Shown: positions 1 through 12,335, counted from the first letter of the stretch. The stretch: DNA of 64,000 nucleotides from Oscillospiraceae bacterium (GCA_031255515.1 JAIRSI010000063.1:1239-65238); one strand, 5' to 3'. Notes: generated by a model from the letters alone, not told the origin. Numbers and translations are program-made.

Positions 1-99
1 TCGCCAAATATATCAACCCTAACCTTTAAATTATACATTGAACGTCAACATCAAAATTAAAATAACGAGCCTCGCACCTCATCGTTGTTAATATAGAAG

Positions 100-1365
100 G
101 TCATCAGGCAAAAACTTTTAAAAACTCAGCTCCTTGAAGGTAGGCTGAATTGTCATATCGCCAATGTGTTGCGACACCATGCAAAAAAACTCAATTAAAC
201 CGCCACATTTTAAGCGGTGCTCTACAGAAGTACCCTGTAAAAACCTAAGCTAAACCATCATGCCGACCGGCGTCGTACCAAGATGCCATATAAAAATCTC
301 AGGCTAAATTGTCACGCCTCTAGAGTAATACGTCAAACGACACAACTGTCACGCCTTCGGGCTGTACGCCACAAATCGTGAAAAAATCCTAAACAAATTA
401 TCACCGTCCTTGAGACAATACGTCACAATATTACACAAAAATCTCAGTTAAATTACCGCTTCAAAAAATATGTCATAACGCAATACAAAAACCTCAGTTA
501 AATTACCATACCCTTGAGTAGTGTGCCACAATATCATGCAAAAAATCTCAGTTAAACTGCCGCGCCTTTAGATGATGCATCGCAATATCACACAGAAAAA
601 CTTCAGTTGAGTCGTTATGCTTCAGATAATGCGCCGCAACATCACGTAAAATCTCGGTTTACCGTCCTTTAGAAAATATGTCACAACATAATACAAAAAC
701 CTCAATTAAATTGCCATGCCTTTCAGCAGTATTTCGTAATATCATGCAAAAAATCTCAAGTTAAACTGCCACGCCTTTAGATGATGCATCGCAATATCAC
801 ACAGAAAAAGCTTCAGTTGAGTCGTCACGCTTCAGATAATACGCCGCAACATCACGTAAAATCTCGGTTTATCATCCTTTAGAAAATATGTCACAACATG
901 ATACAAAAACCTCAATTAAATTGCCATGACTTTCAGCAGTATTTCGTAATATCATGTAAAAAATCTCGAATAAACACTATATCTTTACACAACGCACCGA
1001 AATTCATGCAGAAGTCTCAGTTAAACTGTCGTACTTTGGACAACGCGCTAAAGCATCGCGTAAAAACCTCGACTCATCATCCTTTATAAAATATTTCACA
1101 ACATTGCGCAAAACTCCTATTAAACTGTCGCTCTTTGGACGATGCATCGCAATATCGCGTAAAAAACTCAGTCGAACTATTATGCCGCGATACCCCATGC
1201 AGAAATGTCAACGTCAGATTATCCTCCTTCAGACAACGCGTCACAACACAGCGTAAAAATCTCAATTAAGCTTGGCCTTCGAATAATGCGCCGTGATAAC
1301 TTTACCGCAAAAATCTTAAGCCAAGCTATCACATTCCTGCCTCATGCGTTGCAAAATCACGTGAA
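100..1365. repeat. Degenerate tandem array of ~52-bp units (roughly two dozen copies) with a ~209-bp four-unit higher-order duplication (533-740 vs 741-950, about 95% identical by eye)
   Basis: Approximate unit consensus ATCAYGYAAAAAWCTCAGTTAAAYTGCCRCGCCTTTAGAWRATGCRTCRCAAT. An A-run plus CTCAGTTAAAYTG-like core recurs every 50-54 nt. Only short ORFs on both strands. Abuts the dnaK stop and may continue beyond the window start. Confidence 0.85.
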
Positions 1366-1369
1366 AAAT

Positions 1370-3295
<1,926 letters not shown>

Positions 3296-3302
3296 CTATA
3301 TT

Positions 3303-3565
3303 AAGACTGCTATACTCAAAATTTTCAAAGCAATTCCTTTATAAAATTAAACTTCTTTAGCTAAGCTAAATTCCCTTTTCTTTAAAAACAAGACTGCTCG
3401 CGCTCAAAATTTTCAAAACAATTCCTTTATAAAATTAAACTTCTTTAGCTAAGCTAAATTCCCTGTTTCTCTAAAACAAGATTACTCAAATTTAAAATTT
3501 TTAAAAACAATTTATTCATAAAATCAAATTTCCCCAGAGCCAAGCTCAAAATTCTCTTTCCTTTT
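3303..3565. repeat. Three tandem 87-88-bp copies filling the unusually long (391 bp) grpE-dnaK spacer
   Basis: Copies start at 3303, 3390 and 3478; the third is degenerate. Copies 1 and 2 each contain the perfect 15-nt palindrome TTTAGCTAAGCTAAA (3356-3370, 3444-3458). Confidence 0.85.
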
Positions 3566-3650
3566 GATATGGGGACAAATCTCTTTGTCAATAAATCTTT
3601 ATTTTCTTTTAAAAAACAAACCCTCTTACCAAAAAAACTCGCACGGATCC

Positions 3651-4190
3651 TCAATTCACAGTCTTCACCACCGCATGTCTTATGATTTTATCACCTATTT
3701 TATACCCTTGCTGAAAAACCTCCGCCACAGAATTTTTCTCTAGTGATTCATCTTCGGCATGAGAAATAGCGCTGTGAACATTGGGATCAAAATTTTCCCC
3801 TACCTTACCAAAACTTTCAACTCCAAGCTTTTCAAACACAGAAGAAAGCTGGCGAGCTATAAGATCAAGTCCCTTTTTGTGCTCATCGGATGAAGAATCC
3901 TGTCCTTTGGCGGAATCTTGCGCGGCAATAGCAAGTTTTAGACTATCAACCACAGGCAAAATTTCCCTTACTACATTAATAACAGAGTCAGCGTAGATGC
4001 TTACCTTATCGCGCTCGCTACGCTTTCTGTAGTTCTCGTATTCTGCAGCTATCCTCAAAAAAATATCTTTTTGTTCGGATAGCTCCAGTTCGAGAGATTC
4101 TACTTTTTTTTCTAGCTCTAAACTTTCGTTGGGTTCTACATTATTAGATTCTTTTACGACGTCTTCCTTCTTATCGTTAGCTTCCGACAA
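3651..4190 (-). CDS. grpE: Nucleotide exchange factor GrpE
   Basis: 179 aa with FLRIAAEYENYRKRSERDK motif, acidic N-terminus, position between hrcA and dnaK. Confidence 0.95.
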   Translation of the reverse strand: MSEANDKKEDVVKESNNVEPNESLELEKKVESLELELSEQKDIFLRIAAEYENYRKRSERDKVSIYADSVINVVREILPVVDSLKLAIAAQDSAKGQDSSSDEHKKGLDLIARQLSSVFEKLGVESFGKVGENFDPNVHSAISHAEDESLEKNSVAEVFQQGYKIGDKIIRHAVVKTVN

Positions 4191-4208
4191 AACAAACCCT
4201 CCTCTTTT

Positions 4209-5243
4209 TCAAAGTCCGAAATTTTCATTTAAAAATTTACTAATTAAAGACGATAAGTATTTCATGCTAGGAATTATCTTGGCGTAGTCCATACGTGTAG
4301 GGCCCACGATTGCAATAAATCCAGTATCTTGTCTTGAAAAGTCGTATTTTGAAATAATCACACTAAATCTCCCAAATTCGCAAAGCTTACTTTCTTCCCC
4401 AACCAACACGCTTACGTCGTCATCTTGGTTCTCTTTTAAAAAACTCAGTACCTGATCAGGAGAATTGAGAAAATCTATCACGCCCGACACGGAATCCAAA
4501 TCAAAATCTGGATAAAAAAATAAATTTGATTCCCCCGTTAAATCAACTTCAGCACCGGAAATTTCGTCCGATAGATCTATCACTGCTTCTACAATTTCAC
4601 AAAGAACCGGCGAAACTTCGGCAAAATTTTCATCAAAAGCCTCTGCCAACACCGAGGGTACTCTGCGCACCTCTAAACCTTCGAGATTATCCTGCAATAT
4701 TCTTTGAAATGCTACAAGTTCCTCCTGATTAAAACAACAATCACACAAAACTATCTTGTTTCTGATCACTCCGGCGGAAGCTACAAGTACCACCATAATG
4801 GATCTGTGTCCCACAATAATCAGTCTTATAGCCCGAACTCCAGAGCAACTTTTGGAAGGGACCGCAGAAACAGCCGCACACTTTGTGTATTCGGCGACCA
4901 CATCTAACGCGCCCCTTAACAAATCCTCAGGATCATTTATCTTACACGAAAAAAGTGGCCTTGAAAGTTCTTCTTTGCTCTCTATAGTTAGGCGTGAAGC
5001 CCCCTGGCTCATGAGCTGATCAATATATAGTCTATATCCAGCATGGGAAGGTACACGTCCGGAAGAAGCGTGAATTTGTTCAAGCAAACCCAATTGAGTC
5101 AACTCTGCCATGTCATTCCTTACCGTAGAAGATGAAACCTTTAAATTGTCGCAAAGAGATTTTGAGCTAACTGGCTCCCCGGTAACTATATACGAGTTTA
5201 CTATCGCTTCTAAAACTTTGGCTTTTCTTGTTCCTAATTCCAC
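4209..5243 (-). CDS. hrcA: Heat-inducible transcription repressor HrcA
   Basis: 344 aa with N-terminal winged-helix RKAKVLEAIVNSYIVTGEPVSSKSL; first gene of hrcA-grpE-dnaK; CIRCE lies just upstream. Confidence 0.95.
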   Translation of the reverse strand: MELGTRKAKVLEAIVNSYIVTGEPVSSKSLCDNLKVSSSTVRNDMAELTQLGLLEQIHASSGRVPSHAGYRLYIDQLMSQGASRLTIESKEELSRPLFSCKINDPEDLLRGALDVVAEYTKCAAVSAVPSKSCSGVRAIRLIIVGHRSIMVVLVASAGVIRNKIVLCDCCFNQEELVAFQRILQDNLEGLEVRRVPSVLAEAFDENFAEVSPVLCEIVEAVIDLSDEISGAEVDLTGESNLFFYPDFDLDSVSGVIDFLNSPDQVLSFLKENQDDDVSVLVGEESKLCEFGRFSVIISKYDFSRQDTGFIAIVGPTRMDYAKIIPSMKYLSSLISKFLNENFGL

Positions 5244-5280
5244 TACCTTAGTTCCCCCAGCAATCTTAATTATATGTGAA

Positions 5281-5307
5281 TTGGCATTCTAAAGTCAAGA
5301 GTGCCAA
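5281..5307 (-). promoter_or_regulatory. CIRCE operator (HrcA binding site) in the hrcA leader
   Basis: TTGGCATTC-N9-GAGTGCCAA compared with consensus TTAGCACTC-N9-GAGTGCTAA. Lies 38 nt upstream of the hrcA ATG. A TTGACA -35 hexamer sits at 5340-5345 (minus strand), but the -10 is ambiguous. Confidence 0.8.
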
Positions 5308-5466
5308 TACACTATTAGACTAACACCGTTGTGAAACTTTGTCAACATCTCTTTCCTTATATTTGCAAAATACTGCTCGTTCGGAGATTTTAACTGTTTG
5401 CATCCGCGAAGGCGCTACTCCGCTCTGCGACAAACATTCCCGGCGCGGGGTTTAGAAAGACTTAAA

Positions 5467-5485
5467 GCTCCCCCGGCAGGGGAGC
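5467..5485 (-). terminator. Putative rho-independent terminator after the lipoprotein gene
   Basis: 7-bp GC-rich stem GCTCCCC/GGGGAGC with a 5-nt loop, followed on the minus strand by TTTAAGTCTTTC; about 45 nt downstream of the stop at 5530. Confidence 0.55.
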
Positions 5486-5529
5486 CCAAATCAACCGCTT
5501 TATTTTGCTTTTTAAGTCCGCATAGTCCC

Positions 5530-6828
5530 TCACTCGCCTTCTTGTTTATTTTCTTGTTTATTTTCTTGTTTATTAGGCTCTTCGGGCTTCTTATTCTTAT
5601 CTCCTTCACCCTCTTGTTCGCCTTCTTGTTCATCTTCTTTGTTTTCTTCGCCCTGCTCGGGATCTCCGCCTTCAGGTTGCTCTTCTTTCCTCTTTTTTTC
5701 GTTTTCTTGCGACTTTTTGACCACTTCATTGTATTTTTCGACTTTAATGGTAGAATCAAAGACCTCTTCATTGGTTTCAACTTTGGAGTCTTTTGCTTTT
5801 TCTTCCAAGAGATTTTCAAATTTGTCCATCACCAGTGAGGACAAGTTTTCTTCAAGCCCCTTACCCTCATATCTAGTTCTTAGCAACTTCTCCATCGCCG
5901 AATCATCTGAGAGCTGAAAGATAAACATAGTATCCTGATATCTCAGCCGCACCGACTTACCTGCTTTTAAGTTTTCAAAAGCGTCTCCTAATTCTGGAGG
6001 AAGATCCCCCCGATTTATAATTTCGTCTTTAACAAGGGAATTCTTGTCCATTTTCCCGCCAAAGTCTTCCTGATTCAACTTCTCAAAAGCCTCTTCTAAA
6101 TTTTTACCGTCTTCATTTATATATCTGACGCCTTTCTCGAAAACTTCCTCGATCTTTTTTATGGTCTGTTCCGGGAGTTGTTTCACTTTTGGAGGATCCT
6201 CGGGATTCGGTGCCTCGTTCACAGATCCTCGATCAACAAGTTCCTGACTAACAAAACTAACCATGATCGAATCTTTCTTGGCCTTATTAATCGCGTCGTC
6301 GAGAGTAAACGGCTCACGCCCGCTCTCTCCATACTGGCTCTTAATGAACAGCTGATAACACATCGGTATTGCGGCCGACTGATTTCTTAAGACGTCCTTG
6401 GAAAATTTGTAATCTTCTGTCAGAATTTTGCCCGACTTTTTCATCGTATTGTCAATTTGTTTATCTATCTCTGCATTTTGCTGCTCATTTGGCTCCACCT
6501 TATATTTTTTACAAAGTTCCAAAAGCGCCAACTGACGCCGGCCGGCTTTTATGGTTTCTTCCTTTAGTCTTTCATCCATTGTTTTGCCATCTTTGAACTT
6601 GGTATCACCGGATATCTTGGTATCTTCATTGTTTGCGCCAACTTGTTGAATAAATTCGGAATACAGCTGGTTGAAAACCTTAAACCCCTCAAATCTAAGT
6701 TGCTCTTTAGTAATGGTAAAATTTTCCGACCTCATCGCCCAGTCATCATCTTGCGCAGTACAAGACGTAAGTGTGACTAACAAAAAAGCAAAAGCGACAA
6801 AAACAGATATACTTCTCAGAATTTTCAT
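5530..6828 (-). CDS. Putative lipoprotein with acidic low-complexity C-terminal tail
   Basis: Signal peptide plus lipobox (LLVTLTSC). The C-terminus is E/K/Q-rich with QENK repeats encoded by a 12-nt repeat (x3, about 5541-5576). No catalytic motif recognised. Confidence 0.6.
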   Translation of the reverse strand: MKILRSISVFVAFAFLLVTLTSCTAQDDDWAMRSENFTITKEQLRFEGFKVFNQLYSEFIQQVGANNEDTKISGDTKFKDGKTMDERLKEETIKAGRRQLALLELCKKYKVEPNEQQNAEIDKQIDNTMKKSGKILTEDYKFSKDVLRNQSAAIPMCYQLFIKSQYGESGREPFTLDDAINKAKKDSIMVSFVSQELVDRGSVNEAPNPEDPPKVKQLPEQTIKKIEEVFEKGVRYINEDGKNLEEAFEKLNQEDFGGKMDKNSLVKDEIINRGDLPPELGDAFENLKAGKSVRLRYQDTMFIFQLSDDSAMEKLLRTRYEGKGLEENLSSLVMDKFENLLEEKAKDSKVETNEEVFDSTIKVEKYNEVVKKSQENEKKRKEEQPEGGDPEQGEENKEDEQEGEQEGEGDKNKKPEEPNKQENKQENKQEGE

Positions 6829-7075
6829 AATAACTTCCTCTCACAGATTTCAATTGACCATGCACACAATGCTATTCTTAATAAAGAAAAATGTCAATAT
6901 CAGTACTTTAAACCTACACGGATTATTGATGCCCATAAACAGTTGATTAATCCCTAAAAATAAAAAATATTTCATCAGCAAACTGTGCCTTGGCAAAAAC
7001 CGTCCGTCCATGTTACACTTTGAAATGTGTGTTATTTTTGGTTTCAAACTTCATCTCGAAAAGGAGTTTATTTTT

Positions 7076-7882
7076 ATGGATAATTTAGATGAAAAATGTA
7101 AAGAAATAAGAAAACTCACGCTGCTAACAATAGGAAACTTGGGAGTTGGTCACATAGGCGGGTGTCTTTCAATTGTCGAATTATTAGTTGTTTTATATTA
7201 TAGACACATGAAAATCAACCCCAAAGACCCCAAAATGCCGGGCAGAGACAGATTGGTACTATCTAAGGGGCACGGCGGTCCCGCGCTGTACTCTGTTCTT
7301 TGTCAAAAGGGCTTTTTTGAAAAAGATTGGCTGTTGACTCTCAACAAATTTGAAACAAAATTACCGAGCCATTGCGACATGAATCTCACACCGGGGGTTG
7401 ACATGACCACAGGTTCTTTGGGACAAGGACTATCCTGCGCTGTTGGAATGGCAATAGCGTCAAAAATTCGCAAAGACGGTGCGACAATTTATTCAATAAT
7501 TGGCGACGGAGAATCGCAAGAGGGTCAAATTTGGGAAGCTGCCATGTACGCGGGAGCTAAACGTGTGGATAATCTAATCGCCTTTACTGATTACAATAAA
7601 ATGCAAATAGATGGTAAAGTAGATGAAATCTGTGATATATCACCTATTTCCGATAAATGGAAAGCCTTTGGTTGGAGTGTAATTGAGGTGGAAGATGGTC
7701 ATAATTGTCGTGAAATATGTGAAGCTATTGAACATGCTAAAACCTTAGAATATCCAACAATGGTAATACTTTCCACAAAAAAAGGAAAAGGCATTTCTTT
7801 TGCCGAAAAAGCTAAAGTTAACAGCCATAATATGGCAATTACAAAAGAAATGCTAGAACAAGGTTTTAAGGAATTGGATTAA
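7076..7882 (+). CDS. Transketolase, N-terminal (TPP-binding) subunit
   Basis: GHIGGCLS, LSKGHGGPALY, GSLGQGLS and IGDGESQEGQIWEA motifs. ATG 7076 is preceded by AAGGAG; the ORF-track start at 7010 is probably too early. Confidence 0.9.
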   Translation: MDNLDEKCKEIRKLTLLTIGNLGVGHIGGCLSIVELLVVLYYRHMKINPKDPKMPGRDRLVLSKGHGGPALYSVLCQKGFFEKDWLLTLNKFETKLPSHCDMNLTPGVDMTTGSLGQGLSCAVGMAIASKIRKDGATIYSIIGDGESQEGQIWEAAMYAGAKRVDNLIAFTDYNKMQIDGKVDEICDISPISDKWKAFGWSVIEVEDGHNCREICEAIEHAKTLEYPTMVILSTKKGKGISFAEKAKVNSHNMAITKEMLEQGFKELD

Positions 7883-8107
7883 ATTTAAATTTTAAATGTA
7901 AAATACGCGAGCAAAATATCAAAAATCAGCGCCTCGATTTTATTTCTAAACAGAACGGAAAGTGCGGCATGCGCGCAGATAAAAGGCGCAATATACGCTG
8001 CTAACAACATGGGACCAAAATAAAAATAATTCTCAAAAATTTAAAGTATCTGTGATACAATATATTGCACGCAAAAATAATTTTTTTAAAAAGGAGGTAA
8101 TGATTTT

Positions 8108-10744
8108 ATGGATACACAAAAATTTACTCAAAAAACCTTGGACGCTGTGCTGAATAGTCAAAAATTGGCAATAGAAAATCAAAATATGCAAGTGGAACCC
8201 GAGCATCTATTGTGTTCGCTTTTAGAGCAAGAAAACGGATTAATCCCTCGTATGTTTGAAAAAATGAAAATAAACACACAAAACGCCCTTAATATAACAG
8301 TAGAATATATTTTAAAAATTCCAAAAGTCAGTGGACCGGGTAGAGAACCTGATAAAATTTATATTTCTACATCTCTTGATAAAGTTTTCATCGAAAGTGA
8401 AAAGCAAAGCAAAAATTTAAAAGATGAATATATCTCCACCGAGCACATAATCTTGGCGTTTTTTGAAGCTAATATTCGAAACATTAACGAGATTTTTTCA
8501 AAAATAAATCTTGATAAACAAAATTTTTTAAGCGCATTAAAAGAGGTTAGAAAAAACGTCCGAGTTACAAATGACAACCCTGAGGAAACTTACGATGCCC
8601 TTAAAAAATATGGCTACGATCTAATCGAAAATGTCAAAAAGCAAAAACAGGATCCAATAATTGGGCGAGATGACGAAATCCGCAACGTAATTAGAATTTT
8701 GTCAAGAAAAACAAAAAACAACCCTTGCTTGATTGGCGAGCCCGGCGTCGGGAAAACTGCAGTCATCGAGGGTTTGGCGATAAGGATTGTCAAAGGCGAT
8801 ATCCCCGAAGGCTTGAAAGACAAAACGATTTTCGCCCTTGATATGGGTGCATTGATCTCCGGGGCAAAATATCGCGGCGAATTCGAGGAGCGTCTAAAAG
8901 CCGTTTTAAACGAAGTGAGACAGAGCGACGGCAAGATCATCCTTTTTATCGACGAGATCCACACGATAGTGGGAGCTGGCAAAGTAGATGGCGCCATGGA
9001 CGCCGGAAATTTACTAAAGCCTATGCTCGCCCGCGGGGAACTCCACTGCATCGGCGCCACAACTCTTACCGAGTACAGGAAATACATCGAAAAAGACGCG
9101 GCGCTTGAGAGGAGATTTCAGCCCGTTTTAGTCGGCGAGCCATCTGTCGAAGATACCATCACAATTTTACGCGGCTTAAAAGAGCGTTACGAAGTATTCC
9201 ACGGCGTTCAAATTGCCGATAATGCTCTAATCAATGCCGCGGTTTTGTCGAATAGATACATTTCTGATAGATTTTTGCCAGATAAAGCTATAGATTTGGT
9301 CGACGAAGCCTGCGCTATGATTAGAACCGAAATTGATTCTATGCCCACTGAGCTCGACGTCATCGCGCGAAAAATAATGAGTTACGAGATCCAAGAAGCC
9401 GCCCTAAAACGCGAAACGGATGAACCTTCGCAAGAAAAATTAAGGTCTACTCAGAAAAAACTTTCACAGCTTCGCGAAAATTTTAGCACGATGAAAGCCC
9501 AATGGGACACAGAAAAATCGGGAATAAAATCAATAAGAAATATTAAAGAAAGCATCGAAAAAGTTAACGCAGAGATTGAAAGATCCGAGAGAAACTACGA
9601 TTTAGATAAACTAGCAGAGCTTAAATATGGCAAATTGCCAGAACTTAAAAATCAGTTAAAAATCGCAGAAGAAAACGGCGACAATAAAAGACAAAGCACG
9701 CTCTTAAGAGACAAAGTCACAGACGAAGAAATCGCCAAGATTATCGCGCGATGGACAGGTATTCCCATTGCAAAACTTTTAGAAAACGAAAAAGATAAAA
9801 TTTTAAGGCTAAACGAAGAACTTCACAAAAGAGTTATCGGCCAAAAGACGGCTGTGAATAAAGTTTGTGACGCTATAATTCGTTCAAGGTCAGGAATTTC
9901 TGACCCAAATCGCCCTATTGGTTCATTTTTCTTCTTAGGCCCCACTGGAGTTGGTAAGACCGAACTTGCAAAAACACTCACCGAAAATCTTTTTGATGAC
10001 GAAAAAAACATGATTCGCATTGATATGACAGAATATATGGAAAAACACTCTGTATCGAGATTAATCGGCGCACCTCCCGGCTATGTTGGTTACGAGGAGG
10101 GTGGACAACTTAGCGAAGCGGTTCGCAGAAGGCCGTATTCTGTAGTTTTATTCGACGAAATCGAAAAAGCTCACAGCGATGTTTTTAATATTTTGCTTCA
10201 GGTTCTGGATGATGGACGGCTCACCGATTCTCATGGAAAGACAGTCGATTTCAAGAACACGATAATTATTTTGACTTCAAATATTGGTTCGGAACTTTTG
10301 ATCGACGGAATAAATCAAAACGACGAGATTGAAAAAGATACCAAACTCGAAATTAAAAACCTTTTAAAACAAAATTTTAGGCCTGAATTTCTAAACAGGC
10401 TCGACGGGATTGTATTTTTTAAGCCCTTAATAAAAGACGAAATTTATAAAATTATTGACATTTTAATAAATAATTTATCAAAGCGGCTCGAAAATCAACA
10501 AATTCAAGTCACTTTAACACAAAAAACCAAAAACTTCATCATCGAAAGCGCCTATGATATAACTTACGGCGCAAGGCCGCTCAAGAGATTTATTCAAAGC
10601 AAGATCGAAACTCTAATCGGAAAATTAATTATAAAAGGTGAAATTTTGCCGGGCCAAAAAATCAAGATAGATATGGAAAACGGCAAATTGGTGATTAAGG
10701 ATCAAGACCAGAACAAACGGCAAAAACAACAAATTAATAATTAG
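8108..10744 (+). CDS. clpB: ATP-dependent chaperone ClpB
   Basis: 878 aa with two AAA+ modules (GEPGVGKTA, GPTGVGKTE), a long middle coiled coil, and an AAGGAGG RBS. Confidence 0.97.
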   Translation: MDTQKFTQKTLDAVLNSQKLAIENQNMQVEPEHLLCSLLEQENGLIPRMFEKMKINTQNALNITVEYILKIPKVSGPGREPDKIYISTSLDKVFIESEKQSKNLKDEYISTEHIILAFFEANIRNINEIFSKINLDKQNFLSALKEVRKNVRVTNDNPEETYDALKKYGYDLIENVKKQKQDPIIGRDDEIRNVIRILSRKTKNNPCLIGEPGVGKTAVIEGLAIRIVKGDIPEGLKDKTIFALDMGALISGAKYRGEFEERLKAVLNEVRQSDGKIILFIDEIHTIVGAGKVDGAMDAGNLLKPMLARGELHCIGATTLTEYRKYIEKDAALERRFQPVLVGEPSVEDTITILRGLKERYEVFHGVQIADNALINAAVLSNRYISDRFLPDKAIDLVDEACAMIRTEIDSMPTELDVIARKIMSYEIQEAALKRETDEPSQEKLRSTQKKLSQLRENFSTMKAQWDTEKSGIKSIRNIKESIEKVNAEIERSERNYDLDKLAELKYGKLPELKNQLKIAEENGDNKRQSTLLRDKVTDEEIAKIIARWTGIPIAKLLENEKDKILRLNEELHKRVIGQKTAVNKVCDAIIRSRSGISDPNRPIGSFFFLGPTGVGKTELAKTLTENLFDDEKNMIRIDMTEYMEKHSVSRLIGAPPGYVGYEEGGQLSEAVRRRPYSVVLFDEIEKAHSDVFNILLQVLDDGRLTDSHGKTVDFKNTIIILTSNIGSELLIDGINQNDEIEKDTKLEIKNLLKQNFRPEFLNRLDGIVFFKPLIKDEIYKIIDILINNLSKRLENQQIQVTLTQKTKNFIIESAYDITYGARPLKRFIQSKIETLIGKLIIKGEILPGQKIKIDMENGKLVIKDQDQNKRQKQQINN

Positions 10745-11033
10745 AGATCACAAAGTCAAAATGGGTACTATAAAATAATAAATTTGTGATCAAAAACCAA
10801 AATGACGGGGGCGAATTGACAGTCTCGAGTACCATGGGCCCAAAATGAATAACTATAGCTATTCCGATCTAGAATAGACACCGATAGCTTTAGAGTGAAA
10901 TTTACTCACGGTGGACTCTCCCTTCCGGTCGTTGCTTTAAACTTCCGGCCCGCGTTTAGAAGTTTTTTCATTCTTTCATTGTGCTTATTCTCAACACCCG
11001 AACTCTTCGCGTGATTCCTTGTGAATGTGTCTT

Positions 11034-11270
11034 TTAGATAATTTTTTTGGCCGATGATGGCTTTTTCGGGGCAAAAATACTCGAGTTTGTCAGAATTATT
11101 TTAAGCTCCATATTTGCAGCAATTCCACAAATGCCGGTGCTTCTAATGTATTCTAAATATGGTCTGCACTGACTCCAATCGGCATAACTTGTAAAGCCAC
11201 GCGGTGAAGCCATAACGCCCAGGTCCATGTGAGGATATTTGTCGGCAAAATACTCAATCAATTTTGCCAA
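11034..11270 (-). pseudogene. Gene fragment of uncertain identity (possible Fe-S/ferredoxin-like C-terminus out of frame)
   Basis: The 78-aa ORF ends abruptly. The adjacent frame reads FCPEKAIIG, a CP..AI ferredoxin-like motif. No complete gene can be reconstructed. Confidence 0.3.
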
Positions 11271-11282
11271 CTTCTTAAAGCC

Positions 11283-12335
11283 TTATTTGTCAAAAATCAA
11301 TTGTACACAAGATCCATAAAAGTGCTGGCGGAAATCCCCTTTCATCGGACAATATGCATCCATCCCTCGTCCTTCAATCTGTGTTATAACGCGCCCGTTT
11401 GTGTGTGCAGGCACATTTTTCTCTGTCTCAATTTTACTATATCGCCCTGGTAGTAGCGAATCAAAGGCGTAGCCAGGTTTAAAAAATTTGTCCCCCCCAC
11501 AATTAATTGCGCCCTGTCCATCTTTTACGTTCTGTTTCGTTCTCGGATCGAACACTTCGGCATAACAAAAATCCTCTTCCAAACGATAATTGCCTTCACT
11601 GCATTCCAGTTCTATTCTTGTTAATTCCTCACTGCTATACTCATCTAAAACTTTAATGCCCAAAACTTTCACCATGTCATCTCGGGTTCTTTTTAATTAC
11701 TCTGAATTTAACAATCACGAATTGCACGCCATAATCGCAAAACTTTACGTCAAATTCGCAAAAGCTTTGCAAATGGGTCGGATATATTGAGACAATAAAA
11801 GGGTGAGTTCACCTGGTATATGCTAAAACTTTGAAAAGTTTAGTTGTCGTAGGCAAATAATCAAGTCTAAAATCCCCACCAATTTCGCTAATTCACCAAG
11901 AACAAGTATAAATAAAAAGAACTCTATCTTGCTTCTTGCATTTAAAACTCGATCGCAAACAAAACTGCCTTATCCCTTGCAAAATATCGACATAGATAGC
12001 ATTCAGATCGACCGCAAGAGTTATAAGCCTCCCGCTATAGAACCCGAACTGCGCGTTAAATACTTAAAATCATCAACATCCTTCAAGATGTCGTTCGAAA
12101 ACCCTTTAGTCAACTCATCCTTATATAAAATCGGCAAATTTGCAAAGTCTTCAAATGTTTTTATGTCGAAAGATTCGCAACTTACCGCGCCATATTTTCT
12201 GTATATTGTCAAATTTGCAAACGCATAATCAACCGACCTACTCAATCTTTCTAACTGGTATTCTCTAATCTTTTCACGCCGCATTCTCGAAAAATTCATT
12301 ATCGATTCAAAACTATCACTTAACATCCTGCTCAA
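11283..12335 (-). pseudogene. PaaK/CapK-type (phenylacetate-CoA ligase-like) adenylating enzyme, fragmented
   Basis: The N-terminal piece (12021-12335) matches the PaaK-like N-terminus up to a degenerate SSGxxG motif. The C-terminal piece (11283-11675) has LLPGRY...IEGRGMD. The 350 bp between them has no open frame. Confidence 0.55.

Noticed and set aside
100-1365. CRISPR array (regular ~52-bp periodicity with a conserved ~22-nt core)
   Set aside because: The conserved cores are degenerate rather than identical. The intervening segments resemble one another and are duplicated as blocks, so there are no unique spacers. No cas genes or leader are visible.
1-1365. Replication origin / DnaA-box cluster
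   Set aside because: Only loose TTATC-type fragments (for example TTATCACCG, TTATCCTCC) were seen, with no good TTATCCACA matches. There is no dnaA/dnaN context.
5398-5838. 146-aa and 134-aa ORFs overlapping the lipoprotein gene 3' end
   Set aside because: These are low-complexity translations of the repeat-rich E/K/Q tail region in alternative frames and overlap a better-supported gene.
8614-9087. 157-aa antisense ORF inside clpB, and similar antisense or shadow ORFs inside dnaK, hrcA, nagZ, murA, murG and the ABC and NRPS genes
   Set aside because: All lie within strongly supported genes on the opposite strand or in another frame and lack motifs. They are typical shadow ORFs.
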